Shown: in pieces, positions 46,819 to 56,830 of the stretch | Position numbering within the stretch: the stretch's first letter is position 1 | Layout: each line of letters opens with the position of its first letter | Assembly (NCBI GenBank): GCA_050015495.1 | Contig: JBEKBH010000006.1 | Coordinates: forward strand, 67,661 to 131,660 | Length of the DNA: 64,000 bases | Source: Verrucomicrobiia bacterium | GTDB lineage: Bacteria; Verrucomicrobiota; Verrucomicrobiia; Palsa-1439 | Reading direction: 5' to 3' | Position numbers and translations under genes: made by a program | Notes under the pieces: generated by a model | The model's database searches: none | What the model saw: the letters and a program-made list of their open reading frames with translations, nothing else | Told to the model about the DNA's origin: nothing

Positions 46819-48530
46819 GGAGTGGTCAAGGCCCTGGCGGGCTTGACGGTGGGGCCGAGAGCGGCCTGGATGAGCAGACTGAACAACACGCAGGCGGCGC
46901 ACCCGATGAAGTTGTACCAGAGATAGCTGATGTTAAGTGAAAAATAGAGGATGAAAACGAGCGCTTGGGCTGCCAGCGCTGCCCAGAAAACAGAGGTGCC
47001 GCCCACCCGTCGGATAAAGAACGCCACCAGAAACAGTGCCAGCACCACGCCGTAAAAAACAGACCCCACGATATTGACGGCCTGGATCAGGTTCTCTACC
47101 AGGTTCGCGAACAGAGCAAAAGCGAGCGCCACCAGACCCCAAAGAAACGTGAACCACTTCGACGCGGTCACGTAGTGCGCGTCGGTCGCTTCCCGTTTGA
47201 GCACGTGCCGGTAGAAATCGATGGTGGTCGTCGACCCAAGCGCGTTGAGTTCGGCGGCTTTCGATGACAGCGCCGCAGCGAAGAACGCGGCGACCAACAG
47301 CCCGATCAACCCATGCGGCAGATGATCCAGCACGAAAGTAATGAACACGTAATCGGCGTCGTTGGCCTTCGCCACCGGGTCCGCAGCCAGCAGTGCCGTC
47401 CTGGCCTCGGCGCGCACGGCCTCGCTGCGGTTAAGTGCCGCCTGCGCTTGGGCGTGGGCCTCGGCCTCAGCCGTGTGGTTGCCTGCGTGTTTGGCATCGA
47501 TCCATGTGTGAATCAATTGTTCCTTTTGTTCGTGGATCGCGGTGAATTTCTGCTCGATGGAATGGAGTTGTCCGCCCGGGTCGTGTTGGGCCGCCAGGTT
47601 CCAAGCGGCCCTGTTGAAGAATACCGGTGGCCGTTCGAACTGATAGAATACAAAGACCAGCACACCGAGCAGGAGAATAAAGAACTGCATGGGGATCTTG
47701 AACACGGCATTGAACATAAGACCGAGCCGGCTCTCGCGCAACGAGGCCCCGGAAATATAGCGTTGCACCTGGGATTGATCCGTGCCGAAGTATGACAGCG
47801 ACAGGAAGAGGCCGCCGAGCAAACCCGACCAGAGAGTATAACGCCGCTTGACATCGAGCGAAAAATCCACCGCCTGAAGTTTTTGGAAGCCGCCCGCCAC
47901 GGTGAGGGCGTCGGTCAACGAGAAATTCGCCGGCAACCTCATCAACAGAACGACGAACGCGGTCACCATTCCACCGAAGATGACAGCCAACTGGTATTTC
48001 TGGGTGAGGGTCACCGCCTCGCTGCCGCCGGCTACGGTGTAAATGATGACCAGCAGCCCGCTGAGGATGATGGTGAGATCCAATCGCCAGCCGAGCATGG
48101 TGGAGAGGATGATGGCGGGCGCGTAAATGGTAATTCCGGCGGCGAGCCCGCGCTGGAGGAGGAACAGTGCCGCCCCGAGCAGGCGGGTCTTGTTATCAAA
48201 CCGGTGACCCAAGAACTCATAGGCGGTGTAGACATTCAGCCGGCGGTACATTGGCAGGAACACCGCCGCGATGATGATCAGCGCCAGCGGCATCCCGAAG
48301 TAATTTTGCACGAACCCCAGCCCGTCCTGATAGCCCTGGCCGGGAGTGGAAATGAACGTGATGGCGCTCGCCTGGGTTGCCATGACCGAAATACCGATGG
48401 CGGCCCATCTCACGTTCGGGTCGCCCTTGAGATAGGCGTTGAGGTCCCGTTGGCCGCGCGTGCGCCACATGCCGTAGACGGCAATTCCGACCATGCTGCC
48501 GATCAAGACTACGAAATCGAGCGGGCTCAT
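46815..48530 (-). CDS. Sodium:solute symporter family (SSF) transporter
   Basis: 13-14 TM helices. SSF-like N-terminus ...WAAIGISVMATQASAITFISTPGQGY. Start chosen at M28 (48530), coupled to the upstream small ORF. Confidence 0.8.
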   Translation of the reverse strand: MSPLDFVVLIGSMVGIAVYGMWRTRGQRDLNAYLKGDPNVRWAAIGISVMATQASAITFISTPGQGYQDGLGFVQNYFGMPLALIIIAAVFLPMYRRLNVYTAYEFLGHRFDNKTRLLGAALFLLQRGLAAGITIYAPAIILSTMLGWRLDLTIILSGLLVIIYTVAGGSEAVTLTQKYQLAVIFGGMVTAFVVLLMRLPANFSLTDALTVAGGFQKLQAVDFSLDVKRRYTLWSGLLGGLFLSLSYFGTDQSQVQRYISGASLRESRLGLMFNAVFKIPMQFFILLLGVLVFVFYQFERPPVFFNRAAWNLAAQHDPGGQLHSIEQKFTAIHEQKEQLIHTWIDAKHAGNHTAEAEAHAQAQAALNRSEAVRAEARTALLAADPVAKANDADYVFITFVLDHLPHGLIGLLVAAFFAAALSSKAAELNALGSTTTIDFYRHVLKREATDAHYVTASKWFTFLWGLVALAFALFANLVENLIQAVNIVGSVFYGVVLALFLVAFFIRRVGGTSVFWAALAAQALVFILYFSLNISYLWYNFIGCAACVLFSLLIQAALGPTVKPARALTTP

Positions 48531-48709
48531 GAAAACATAACCGTCAGTGCGGCAAGCAACCCGACCCAAATGACAAAGGAAATGAATACGAAGACGTAGA
48601 CACCGCGCCACGTGGCAAGGCCCGGCAATCCGGTCGTTTGGTCGCTGTCGGCACCCGCCGGCCCGGGCGGCCCGGCGTGGGAATTGGCGGTGTCGTTCTG
48701 CGGCTTCAT
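48527..48709 (-). CDS. Small membrane protein (putative SSF small subunit, DUF4212-like)
   Basis: 60 aa with one C-terminal TM helix (VYVFVFISFVIWVGLLAALTVMF). Start and stop overlaps with both neighbours. Confidence 0.4.
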   Translation of the reverse strand: MKPQNDTANSHAGPPGPAGADSDQTTGLPGLATWRGVYVFVFISFVIWVGLLAALTVMFS

Positions 48710-51234
48710 TTTCCCAGCGAAATCAGGTTGGCAAACAGCCGGTAGGCGCCGGGCACGCCCTCGGGCAACTCACGGAACCATGATAGCCCGGTATAAACGA
48801 AATACCCGCGACCGTAGCGGGCCACCAAGAGGCTCCCCGTTTTGGGTGACTCGCCGGGGTCGTTGCACGCCAGTAGCGGCGTGAAATGGTCGTCCCATTC
48901 GCTGGCAAAATACAGTCCGCGCTCCTGCACCCAGCCATCGAAATCGGCGGGAACAATGCGGTTGGGTGTTGTAAAGGCCGGATGGTCCGGCGCGAGCAGT
49001 GTCATCGGCGCGGTTGCGTCCGTGACGCGGTCGTGCGAGAGCTTCAAATCGTAGGGGGCGAGACGCGTGTTCTGCAATCCATCGGATGTGTTGTACTGGA
49101 CGATGACGGTGCCGCCGGCTACGACGTATGCGAAAAGCCCCGGCAAATTTTGGGTGAGGTCCGTGCGGGTATTGAAGGCCCGAATGCCGATCACCACCGC
49201 GTCAAGGCCGCGCAGGTGTTCCGCTGTCAGGTCGGTGTCGGTCAGGAACGTGACCGCATAACCCATCCGTTGGAGGCACTCGGCGACCGAGTCGCCGGCG
49301 CCCGGCAGATAACCGATCTGATGACCGCGAATCGCCAGGTCGACACTCAGGGCCTTCAGACGCGCGGGCGGCTGTAACAAGATCGTGGGGATATGGTCGT
49401 GGTGGATTTCGACGTGTCGATTGTGGTAGCTCTTGCCGTCGATCTCGGCGGTAGCCAGGATGTTTGCGGTCGTTGTGTTCGTCGGGGCCGTGACGGTGAA
49501 GGTGAACCGCGCAAGTTCATTGTAGTTGGTCATGGCGAAAGCGTACGTCGCGGGCGTCACCTTCCACTCGGCGGGCGCGTCCAGATGCAGTGTACCGGTC
49601 GCTCCGGCGCGAGCTGAAGTAACCTCGACCGCTATGGGACGGGACGAACCCGGAGCGAACAGCTCCAGGTTTTCGGGAAAATTGAGGGAAACCGGCGGGG
49701 TCACATCCAGACGCCGACGAATCTCGCCTTTCACGCGGTCGCCGATGACTTGCACGGGTTCGTCCGGGATGACCAACGTTTGGCCGCCGACCTCGAAAAC
49801 AAACTCAACCGGAAAAGCAGGCGGATTCTCGGGACGACCGATGAGTGATGGATCGTCCACCCGGAACATTCCGATCGTGCCCTCTTCGCGCAACCAATAC
49901 GGTTGGGTGAACGGCGTGGTGGCGGGGAGAATCCGGGGCGATTCGTGAGTCACACTTTGGTTTGGCTTCAGGTCGGTGTTGATACCAAGTTCGTCTCCGC
50001 CTGCCGGGTAGCGCACGGCAGTCCAGCGCACCGGGACATCGGCCCGCACGATGGCGACATGATGCATTTTGAGCGTTTCGCCCGGCACGGCTTCGGCCAG
50101 CGGTATGGTCGTCTCGACAAACAACCCGAGACAGCCCTGCAAAATGTGGTCGAGCTGTCGGCGTTTGTCTGCGATCACGCTGTCTGCGGGCAGGGCGGCG
50201 AGGCGGCTCCGCAATGCGAGCAATGCCGGCACACTGGCGGCCGGATTCTGCGGATTGAATTGCGCAATGACGTCATCGGCCAACCGCCCGATCTCGGCGC
50301 CGCCGGGGACGCGGCCCCAGGTTGTATCAACGCCGTCGAGAATGTCCTTGGTGGCGGGCTCGCCACCGAGGAGTTGAAAGGTCTCGTTGGCCGTCCCGCG
50401 CGTACCGACGCTGCCAAAGCCCTGCGTCTTGTGCATGCTTCGGCTGAGCGCGGCGATTTCACCGTAGGACTGGCCAAGGACCGGGTTGTAACCGCCGACA
50501 TCGATCTGCAGGCTTGGCGCGTTCGTCTCGCTGTCCGGACCGCGTCCGAATCCTCTCGGGAAACCATTCCAGAGGACGCGTTTTGGTTGCCACGGCTTCA
50601 ACTCGCTGAGTTGCTCGGGAAAAGCGTTGGTGTCCCCGGCGAGCTTGAAGGCTTCGACCGCGAGGATGGCGGACGCCGTGTGGTGACCGTGAGTCCCGCC
50701 GGGCACGGTGGAAAAGCGCGTGATGAGCACATCCGGTCGGAACTCGCGGATGACACGCACAACATCGGCCAGCACCTGATCGCGGTCCCAGATACGAAAC
50801 GTTTCACGGTAATCCTTGGAGAATCCGAAGTCGGTGGCCCGCGTGAAAAACTGCTGGCCGCCGTCAACCCGCCGGGCGGCCAGTAACTCCTGGGTGCGGA
50901 CCACACCCAGTTCTGAGCCCAGCTCGGGACCGATCAAGTTTTGGCCGCCATCGCCACGGGTCAGCGAAAGATAGCCGGTGCGGTAGCCCCGACCGCGGGA
51001 CAGATAGGCAATGAGACGGGTGTTTTCGTCGTCGGGATGTGCGGCGATGTACAGCACGCTGCCCATTTCGCGGAAACCACGGAGTTCCTGCAAGATCGCC
51101 GATGTTGATTGAGGTTCGGCGGCGTAGATGTCGATGGGGAATAGGGTCAGCGCACAGCCGGCGGCGGCGAGGAAGCTGAGGAGCCAGCGGATGTGGCGGG
51201 AGGCAGACCTCTTAAATCGAATTCTGGCATGCAT
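48706..51234 (-). CDS. Multidomain PIG-L/LmbE-family deacetylase (842 aa) with signal peptide and C-terminal GATase1/ThuA-like domain
   Basis: YIAAHPDDENTRLIAYL...HGHHTAS PIG-L motifs. C-terminal ..LDAVVIGIRAFNTR...YVVAGGTVIVQYN. Confidence 0.7.
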   Translation of the reverse strand: MHARIRFKRSASRHIRWLLSFLAAAGCALTLFPIDIYAAEPQSTSAILQELRGFREMGSVLYIAAHPDDENTRLIAYLSRGRGYRTGYLSLTRGDGGQNLIGPELGSELGVVRTQELLAARRVDGGQQFFTRATDFGFSKDYRETFRIWDRDQVLADVVRVIREFRPDVLITRFSTVPGGTHGHHTASAILAVEAFKLAGDTNAFPEQLSELKPWQPKRVLWNGFPRGFGRGPDSETNAPSLQIDVGGYNPVLGQSYGEIAALSRSMHKTQGFGSVGTRGTANETFQLLGGEPATKDILDGVDTTWGRVPGGAEIGRLADDVIAQFNPQNPAASVPALLALRSRLAALPADSVIADKRRQLDHILQGCLGLFVETTIPLAEAVPGETLKMHHVAIVRADVPVRWTAVRYPAGGDELGINTDLKPNQSVTHESPRILPATTPFTQPYWLREEGTIGMFRVDDPSLIGRPENPPAFPVEFVFEVGGQTLVIPDEPVQVIGDRVKGEIRRRLDVTPPVSLNFPENLELFAPGSSRPIAVEVTSARAGATGTLHLDAPAEWKVTPATYAFAMTNYNELARFTFTVTAPTNTTTANILATAEIDGKSYHNRHVEIHHDHIPTILLQPPARLKALSVDLAIRGHQIGYLPGAGDSVAECLQRMGYAVTFLTDTDLTAEHLRGLDAVVIGIRAFNTRTDLTQNLPGLFAYVVAGGTVIVQYNTSDGLQNTRLAPYDLKLSHDRVTDATAPMTLLAPDHPAFTTPNRIVPADFDGWVQERGLYFASEWDDHFTPLLACNDPGESPKTGSLLVARYGRGYFVYTGLSWFRELPEGVPGAYRLFANLISLGK

Positions 51235-51333
51235 GCGCGATACTCATTTGTCTGAGAACTTCACAAGAGCGACCCGAACAACAACCCACGAAGACGACCG
51301 CATTTTGCGCTGAGGAACGACCTGTGCCGCCGG

Positions 51334-51903
51334 CTATTTCTTGACCGTGAACGGCACGGAGAACTGTGTGCTTTCCCACATCATTTTCAGCACACCGCCT
51401 CCGGCCGGGTTCTTTTCGACGGCAATCGTGAACTGATCCACCGGCTTGTCCAACGCGTCCTTCTTCAAATCAATCCGCGCCACATCCAGAGCCTCGTCGT
51501 ACACCTGCTTCGAGTCACGCGGGCTAACACCCCATTGACCGATCTGTTTGTTGACGATCAGTTTGGCCGTGCCACCTTCATTGGGCAGGGTCCACAAGGT
51601 GAAAGCGCCCGCCGGGATCGTTGTCTCGCCAAAGGCGATGGGTTTCTGCGTGATGAGGAGTGTGGCTTCGTCGGCCCCGGTGCGCCAGACCTTGCCGTAG
51701 GGCACGAGGCCACCCCAGATTTTTCGTTCCTCACCCGTCCGGGGATCCTTGGTATATGGACGCCCGTATACAATCGTGACTCGATTGCCGTCGATGACCG
51801 TGCTGATCGTCTCGTGCGGGCTGAAACGCTTTTGCTGGGCCATGAGCGGCGATGCGCTGAGGATGACTGCGGCAACAACGAGCATGGATTTGAACTGGTT
51901 CAT
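51334..51903 (-). CDS. DUF2911-family secreted protein
   Basis: Signal peptide. GGLVPYGKVWRTGADEAT signature of DUF2911. Confidence 0.65.
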   Translation of the reverse strand: MNQFKSMLVVAAVILSASPLMAQQKRFSPHETISTVIDGNRVTIVYGRPYTKDPRTGEERKIWGGLVPYGKVWRTGADEATLLITQKPIAFGETTIPAGAFTLWTLPNEGGTAKLIVNKQIGQWGVSPRDSKQVYDEALDVARIDLKKDALDKPVDQFTIAVEKNPAGGGVLKMMWESTQFSVPFTVKK

Positions 51904-51969
51904 GCTATCTCCCGTGCGTTGGGGTTATTCTGGACTGAAATCCCATTTCCTCGAAATCCATCGCCACCA

Positions 51970-52848
51970 TCAATGGAGGCTGGAGATCAAATCCTGATTC
52001 ATCTTCACGAATGAGCTGTTGGGGCCTTCCGCCTGGACCGCCAACTCGCTGGACTGTTTGGCGGCGGCAATCGCGCCGTCTTTGTCTCCCTGTTTCGCCA
52101 GAATCCTGGCCTTCAGGTTCAGCAGTTCGTACGCGATCCTGGGCTTGTCAGCGAGCCCGGTATCCAGCCAGGCGAGGGCCTTTTTCAGATCCAGATCGTG
52201 GTTGAAATAGAACGTCGCCGCCTGAAAGTAAAACTGCGGCTGCTTCTTGTCGGGCGACGCCAGGGCGGCCTCGATCTGCGGCACCACCTTGCTGACGACG
52301 TCAAGTTCGAGTTTGATGGGGACGACCGTCTTGTCCCAAGACAGGTTGATGATGGCCGATTCGTCGCGGATATGATTGAACTCGATCACGAATGTTTCGA
52401 TGGACGTGTCCGCAAGTTGTACAGGCGTGACCTTGAAGCGCACCAGATCGTTCTCCTGCTTGTAACCGAAGGCCCCAAACGAGTTCGTGTCCTTGGAGAT
52501 GATCACGGTCCATTCTTTTTCACCCGGTATCGTGTAGAGCGCATATTTGCCCGCGGGAACCTCGTTGCCGTTGAGCTTCACGGCGGTCGAAAAGGAAATC
52601 TTCGTGGATGCGTTCGCGCCGGTGCGCCAGACCACATCGTAGGGAACGATACCGCCAAAGATTGTCCGCCCTTTGACACTAGGTCGTGAATATACGATTT
52701 CAATGTCCGTAAGACCGACGTGCTGCTTCAGGGTCGCGGTGGGGCTGGCCGCGGGGAAATCGACTTTGGGTGCTTGCGCGAGGAGCCCCGTGGTGAAGAC
52801 CGACCCGAGAGCAAACACAATAGAAAACCAACGTGCCGTTGTGTTCAT
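51970..52848 (-). CDS. DUF2911 domain protein with C-terminal TPR-like helical domain, secreted
   Basis: GGIVPYDVVWRTGANASTKISF. C-terminal helical repeats. Start at M85 of the longer ORF, giving signal peptide MNTTARWFSIVFALGSV. Confidence 0.6.
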   Translation of the reverse strand: MNTTARWFSIVFALGSVFTTGLLAQAPKVDFPAASPTATLKQHVGLTDIEIVYSRPSVKGRTIFGGIVPYDVVWRTGANASTKISFSTAVKLNGNEVPAGKYALYTIPGEKEWTVIISKDTNSFGAFGYKQENDLVRFKVTPVQLADTSIETFVIEFNHIRDESAIINLSWDKTVVPIKLELDVVSKVVPQIEAALASPDKKQPQFYFQAATFYFNHDLDLKKALAWLDTGLADKPRIAYELLNLKARILAKQGDKDGAIAAAKQSSELAVQAEGPNSSFVKMNQDLISSLH

Positions 52849-53124
52849 GATCGGAAAAACTAGCACAATCGAGGCGAAAGGAAAGCGGGAAGTGGTGGGT
52901 ATGAGACGGCAACGCAAGTGGGACATTGGCGCCATTTCCGATACGCACTGGCTGCGGCGTCCCGAAGGCGTCGATGCTCTCCAATCCGTCGCCAGCCACG
53001 AGGCCACGATAGACGCCGGGAAGTTGCTTCGGGATGCGCGGCGAATTGTCTTCCTTTGATGCCGGGGAGAACCTGTATGCTCAAACAACTCGTCACCCAT
53101 TCCAAAAGCACATTCCCAGCGCCC

Positions 53125-54459
53125 TCAAGCCCACACGCCGGCAATCCTGGTCTGGCAGTACTTGCACTTCCCGTCGGCGATGTCCAGTCGCGTAACGGCG
53201 AAGATGTCGCGCTCGACAATGGCCCGATGACAATTCGGGCAGAACGTTGTCTCGGCATCCGGCAACCCGCGGACGTTCCCCACATAGGCATAACGCAGAC
53301 CCGCCCGGCGCGCGATGTCGCGGGCGGCCACCAGCGTGTCCACCGGCGTTGGCGGCAAATGCTCCAGCTTATGCGCCGGGTGAAAACGCGAGAAATGCAG
53401 CGGGTGATCCGGTCCGATGTTGCTGACCAGCCACTCGCACATGCGTTTGATTGTGTCCAGATCGTCCGTGTACGTCGGCACCACCAGGTTGATGACCTCG
53501 AACCACACATCCATCTCCTGTAACGTGACCAGCGTGTCGAGAATCGGCTGCAGATGGCCCGAGTTGAGCCTCTTGTAAACTTCGTCATCGAACCCTTTCA
53601 AATCCACGTGCGCGGCGTCAAGGTGCGTGGCCAGATCCCGTAGCGGCGTCTCATTGATGAAACCGCAGGTGACGAAGATATTCTTCAGATTGTGCGCGTG
53701 GGCGAGCCGAGCCGTGTCCGTTACGTACTCGTAGTAGTCCGTCGGCTCGGAATAGGTGTAGGCAATCGACGGGCACCCCAACGCCTCGGTCACGGCCACG
53801 ACGTCTTCGGGCAACATTGTCAGCCGCTGCGTGTCGTCCAGCGTGAGTGATTCCGGCAACGGCGGGCGCAGTCGCCGTGAGGGGCCGGTCGGGTCCTTGG
53901 TTTCTTCCGGTTGTTTCTGCGAGATTTCCCAGTTCTGACAATTCAAGCAGCGGAAACCGCAGCCGGAAGTGGCCAGCGAAAAACTCGTCGTGCCCGGATG
54001 AAAATGGAACAGCGGCTTCTTCTCGACGGGATCGACGTGAAAAGTGCACGGATCGGCATAGGCCATCGTATAGAGCGTGCCGCCCCGATTGACTTTGTTA
54101 CGGCAATGGCTGCGGTCGCCGGGCGCGAGCAGGCAGTTGTTCGGGCAGATTTTGCACTGGACGTTGTCGCCGAGTTTGAGATAGTGCGCCGCTTCCTTCA
54201 CCCATCCACGCTGTTGCCAGAGCGCCCACACCTTGTCACTCGGTCCACCGCCCCGGAACGCGCCGGTGAGCGCGATCTCCTCGCGGGCCTGCCGGAACAG
54301 ATACCACGCCAGCCCGCTGACACCAGCGGCACACGCCAGCCCGCTGACACCATAACGGATCGCTTCCCGCCGCGTTATGGGTCGCTGCGGAGCGCCCAGC
54401 AGTGCAGCATCGAGTCCATCCTCTCTCTCCGGTCCCGTCGGTTTCACCACCGGATCCAT
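53125..54459 (-). CDS. AmmeMemoRadiSam-system radical SAM enzyme (PFL-activase-like), with N-terminal Tat-like RR motif
   Basis: CGFRCLNCQNWEIS (CxxxCxxC) cluster. Genomic pairing with the Memo-AMMECR1 protein. N-terminal ITRREAIRYGVSGLACAAGVSGLA. Confidence 0.8.
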   Translation of the reverse strand: MDPVVKPTGPEREDGLDAALLGAPQRPITRREAIRYGVSGLACAAGVSGLAWYLFRQAREEIALTGAFRGGGPSDKVWALWQQRGWVKEAAHYLKLGDNVQCKICPNNCLLAPGDRSHCRNKVNRGGTLYTMAYADPCTFHVDPVEKKPLFHFHPGTTSFSLATSGCGFRCLNCQNWEISQKQPEETKDPTGPSRRLRPPLPESLTLDDTQRLTMLPEDVVAVTEALGCPSIAYTYSEPTDYYEYVTDTARLAHAHNLKNIFVTCGFINETPLRDLATHLDAAHVDLKGFDDEVYKRLNSGHLQPILDTLVTLQEMDVWFEVINLVVPTYTDDLDTIKRMCEWLVSNIGPDHPLHFSRFHPAHKLEHLPPTPVDTLVAARDIARRAGLRYAYVGNVRGLPDAETTFCPNCHRAIVERDIFAVTRLDIADGKCKYCQTRIAGVWA

Positions 54460-54713
54460 CGCTTCCTTCGCATCGCGAGGTAAATGCCACCCAGCGCGTG
54501 CAGCCCAAACATTACCAGCAGCGGCACGTGCAGCAGGCGGTGAATGGCGAGCGCCATCCTCGGGTTGGCCCGACCGCCGAGCGTGAACTGGCCGCTCATC
54601 ACATACCCCGTTGTGATATAGGTTAGCACCAACGCCAGCAAAAACCAACTCGTAAACCGCAGCGTGCGGATGACTATGTAGCCCGTCCGAATTCGCCGGC
54701 GCGGCTGGTTCAT
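54444..54713 (-). CDS. Small 2-TM membrane protein (89 aa), translationally coupled
   Basis: Two hydrophobic helices (FTSWFLLALVLTYITTGYV and LLHVPLLVMFGLHALGGIYLA). ATGA overlap with the upstream gene stop. Confidence 0.35.
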   Translation of the reverse strand: MNQPRRRIRTGYIVIRTLRFTSWFLLALVLTYITTGYVMSGQFTLGGRANPRMALAIHRLLHVPLLVMFGLHALGGIYLAMRRKRWIRW

Positions 54714-56830
54714 CGAGTTCCTCCCGCCAACAGCCACACCGCGCTCGCGGCATTCAAACCCCCCGCCAACAGGCACGTTACCGTCACCCCCAGAAGTGGA
54801 ATGAGAAGTGTGCTGGCCAGCAGTGCGCCGAGGCACGCGCCGGTGAAGTCCGCAGTGTACAATCTCGACGCCGTTCCGGTCACATCGCGGAAGCTCGTCC
54901 GCGTCGCCAGGGGAAACTCCATGCCGACCATGGACGCCAACGCGAGCGTGAGCAGGGCGATCACCGCGTGGATGATCGGTAAGGGAGCGTGCTCGAGCGA
55001 TTTCAATCCAGCCGGGAGTATCGCCGCGAGAAGCGCGATCCCCAACGCGAGTCCCGCCAACGGAATACGGTTGCCGATGGGGCGATACCGCGTCGCCGCG
55101 GACGCCCCCACCGCCAAGCCAGCCATGAACATCGTGACGATCACACCAACTTGACGATACACGGAGCCGCACAGAATTTGGAAGCCCAGGAGCAGTACAA
55201 CCTCCAACGCCGAGGCCGCAAACCCGGAAGCGAAAATCGCAAACGGTACGGCCTGCATCCGCGCAAGGTACGCCGCGAAGCCGGAGACCAACACGATCGC
55301 CCACAGGCCGTAGCGCTCACGGAACTGGCTCATCCAATGCAGGAGGTGATAGTAGTATAGCACCGGGTTGAAGTCGGTGTTCACTGTCGCCCGCGCCGCA
55401 GTGGCTCGCTGCATGTCCGCCAGCCGGTCGGGCGTCAACACCGCGCTGAGATAATGCCGGTTCACCAGGTGAGTTGACACGCCCGACTGCTCGATGCGCG
55501 TGGAGATGTCTGCGTAGAGTTCGCCGTCCGAGGCCAGGAAGAATACCCGCCCGCCGGGAATCACGAGTTGGTGGCGAAACGTCCGCTGCAAGGTCGCGGA
55601 TGCCGAGGCCAGGACGCGCGCCAGTTCGGGACTGACGAAGTTTTCATAGTGGCCCAGCGAGAAGGCGAACACACCCCCCGGCGCGAGCACCCGCTTCGCC
55701 TCGTCAAAGAACTCGGAAGTGAAGAACCGGTTGATCTGCGACGTGGATGGCGGCGGCACATCCACAATCACCACGTCAAATGTCTCCCGCGTGCGCTTCA
55801 CGAACAACCGGCCGTCGGTGTTCAACACCCGGATCCGCGGGTCGGCGAGGCTATCCGGAAGGAAGCGACGGCCCACTGTGATGATCAGGGGGTCGAGTTC
55901 CACGTACGTCACCTCCGCGACGCCGTACTTGAGAATCTCACGCGCCGTGCCAGACACGCCGCCGGCAATCAGCAAGACACGCTGGGCGCGGGGTCGTTGC
56001 GACATCGCGTAATGCACGGTCTCCTCGACCTCCTCGACGTTGTGCGTCGCAATCACCGGGACGCCGTTCTCGATAAAGTTCAACTGGCCGGCGGATTCGG
56101 TCACGACCAGTTTACCGTAGGGCGAGTTGCCGCGAAACACGACGCGCTGGCTGGAAAACAGCCGCGCGGTGGAGGCACCGTCCACGTCCATCGCGACCAA
56201 CGCCGGCACCAATCCCGCGGCCATGATACCCGCCACCGCCGCAACCCAGTATTGCCGTTCATGCCAGGCGAGCCACCCGGCAACCAGCAGACAGACAAGC
56301 GCCGGTAGGCTCAGGAGCGCGAAATGGTCGAACCGCCGCACCAGGACATAGGTAAATAACGCTCCACCGAGGACGCTGCCAACACTGTCAGTAACGTACA
56401 CGGTGCCGATGGCGCCGCTGCCTTGGGGCGTCGCGAGCGCGCCGCAGGCCAGCGTCAGCATATAGCCGGACACAATGCAGAACGGTGCCAGCCACAACAG
56501 ACTCGCGATCACGGTTTCCGACAGGCCAATCGCTGCGCCCCGGACAAAGACCACGTTGCGCAGTTCGCGCAGCATGAACACTTGGGCCAACGGCAGGAGA
56601 GCGACGAACACGAGCAGGAGCGCCAGTGTGCGTTGCGGGTGACGCACGCGACCGGCCGTCCGTCCGAGCCAGGAGCCAAGTCCCGTCAACAACAACCAGT
56701 TGCCGAGGATCACGCCAAGAGCCAGTTCATTGCCGCTGAACACGCACAGCATCTCGCGCATGAGCGCCAGTTGCGTCATCGCCGCCATGACGCCCAGCGC
56801 GCAGACTGCGAGCCCCACGCGGCGGTTCAC
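54710..56830 (-). CDS. Fused polytopic-membrane / spermidine-synthase-like (polyamine aminopropyltransferase fold) protein
   Basis: Spermidine synthase motifs VLLIAGGVSGTAREILKYG..EVTYVELD and FDVVIVDVPPP between N- and C-terminal multi-TM blocks. GTG start at 56830 overlaps the upstream TGA. Confidence 0.7.
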   Translation of the reverse strand: MNRRVGLAVCALGVMAAMTQLALMREMLCVFSGNELALGVILGNWLLLTGLGSWLGRTAGRVRHPQRTLALLLVFVALLPLAQVFMLRELRNVVFVRGAAIGLSETVIASLLWLAPFCIVSGYMLTLACGALATPQGSGAIGTVYVTDSVGSVLGGALFTYVLVRRFDHFALLSLPALVCLLVAGWLAWHERQYWVAAVAGIMAAGLVPALVAMDVDGASTARLFSSQRVVFRGNSPYGKLVVTESAGQLNFIENGVPVIATHNVEEVEETVHYAMSQRPRAQRVLLIAGGVSGTAREILKYGVAEVTYVELDPLIITVGRRFLPDSLADPRIRVLNTDGRLFVKRTRETFDVVIVDVPPPSTSQINRFFTSEFFDEAKRVLAPGGVFAFSLGHYENFVSPELARVLASASATLQRTFRHQLVIPGGRVFFLASDGELYADISTRIEQSGVSTHLVNRHYLSAVLTPDRLADMQRATAARATVNTDFNPVLYYYHLLHWMSQFRERYGLWAIVLVSGFAAYLARMQAVPFAIFASGFAASALEVVLLLGFQILCGSVYRQVGVIVTMFMAGLAVGASAATRYRPIGNRIPLAGLALGIALLAAILPAGLKSLEHAPLPIIHAVIALLTLALASMVGMEFPLATRTSFRDVTGTASRLYTADFTGACLGALLASTLLIPLLGVTVTCLLAGGLNAASAVWLLAGGTR

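Noticed and set aside
54444-55304. 286-aa minus-strand ORF overlapping the 3' end of the spermidine-synthase-like gene
   Set aside because: Only the last 89 codons (54444..54713) form a plausible hydrophobic 2-TM protein with an ATGA-coupled start. The upstream 200 codons are an out-of-frame read-through of the neighbouring gene's membrane domain.
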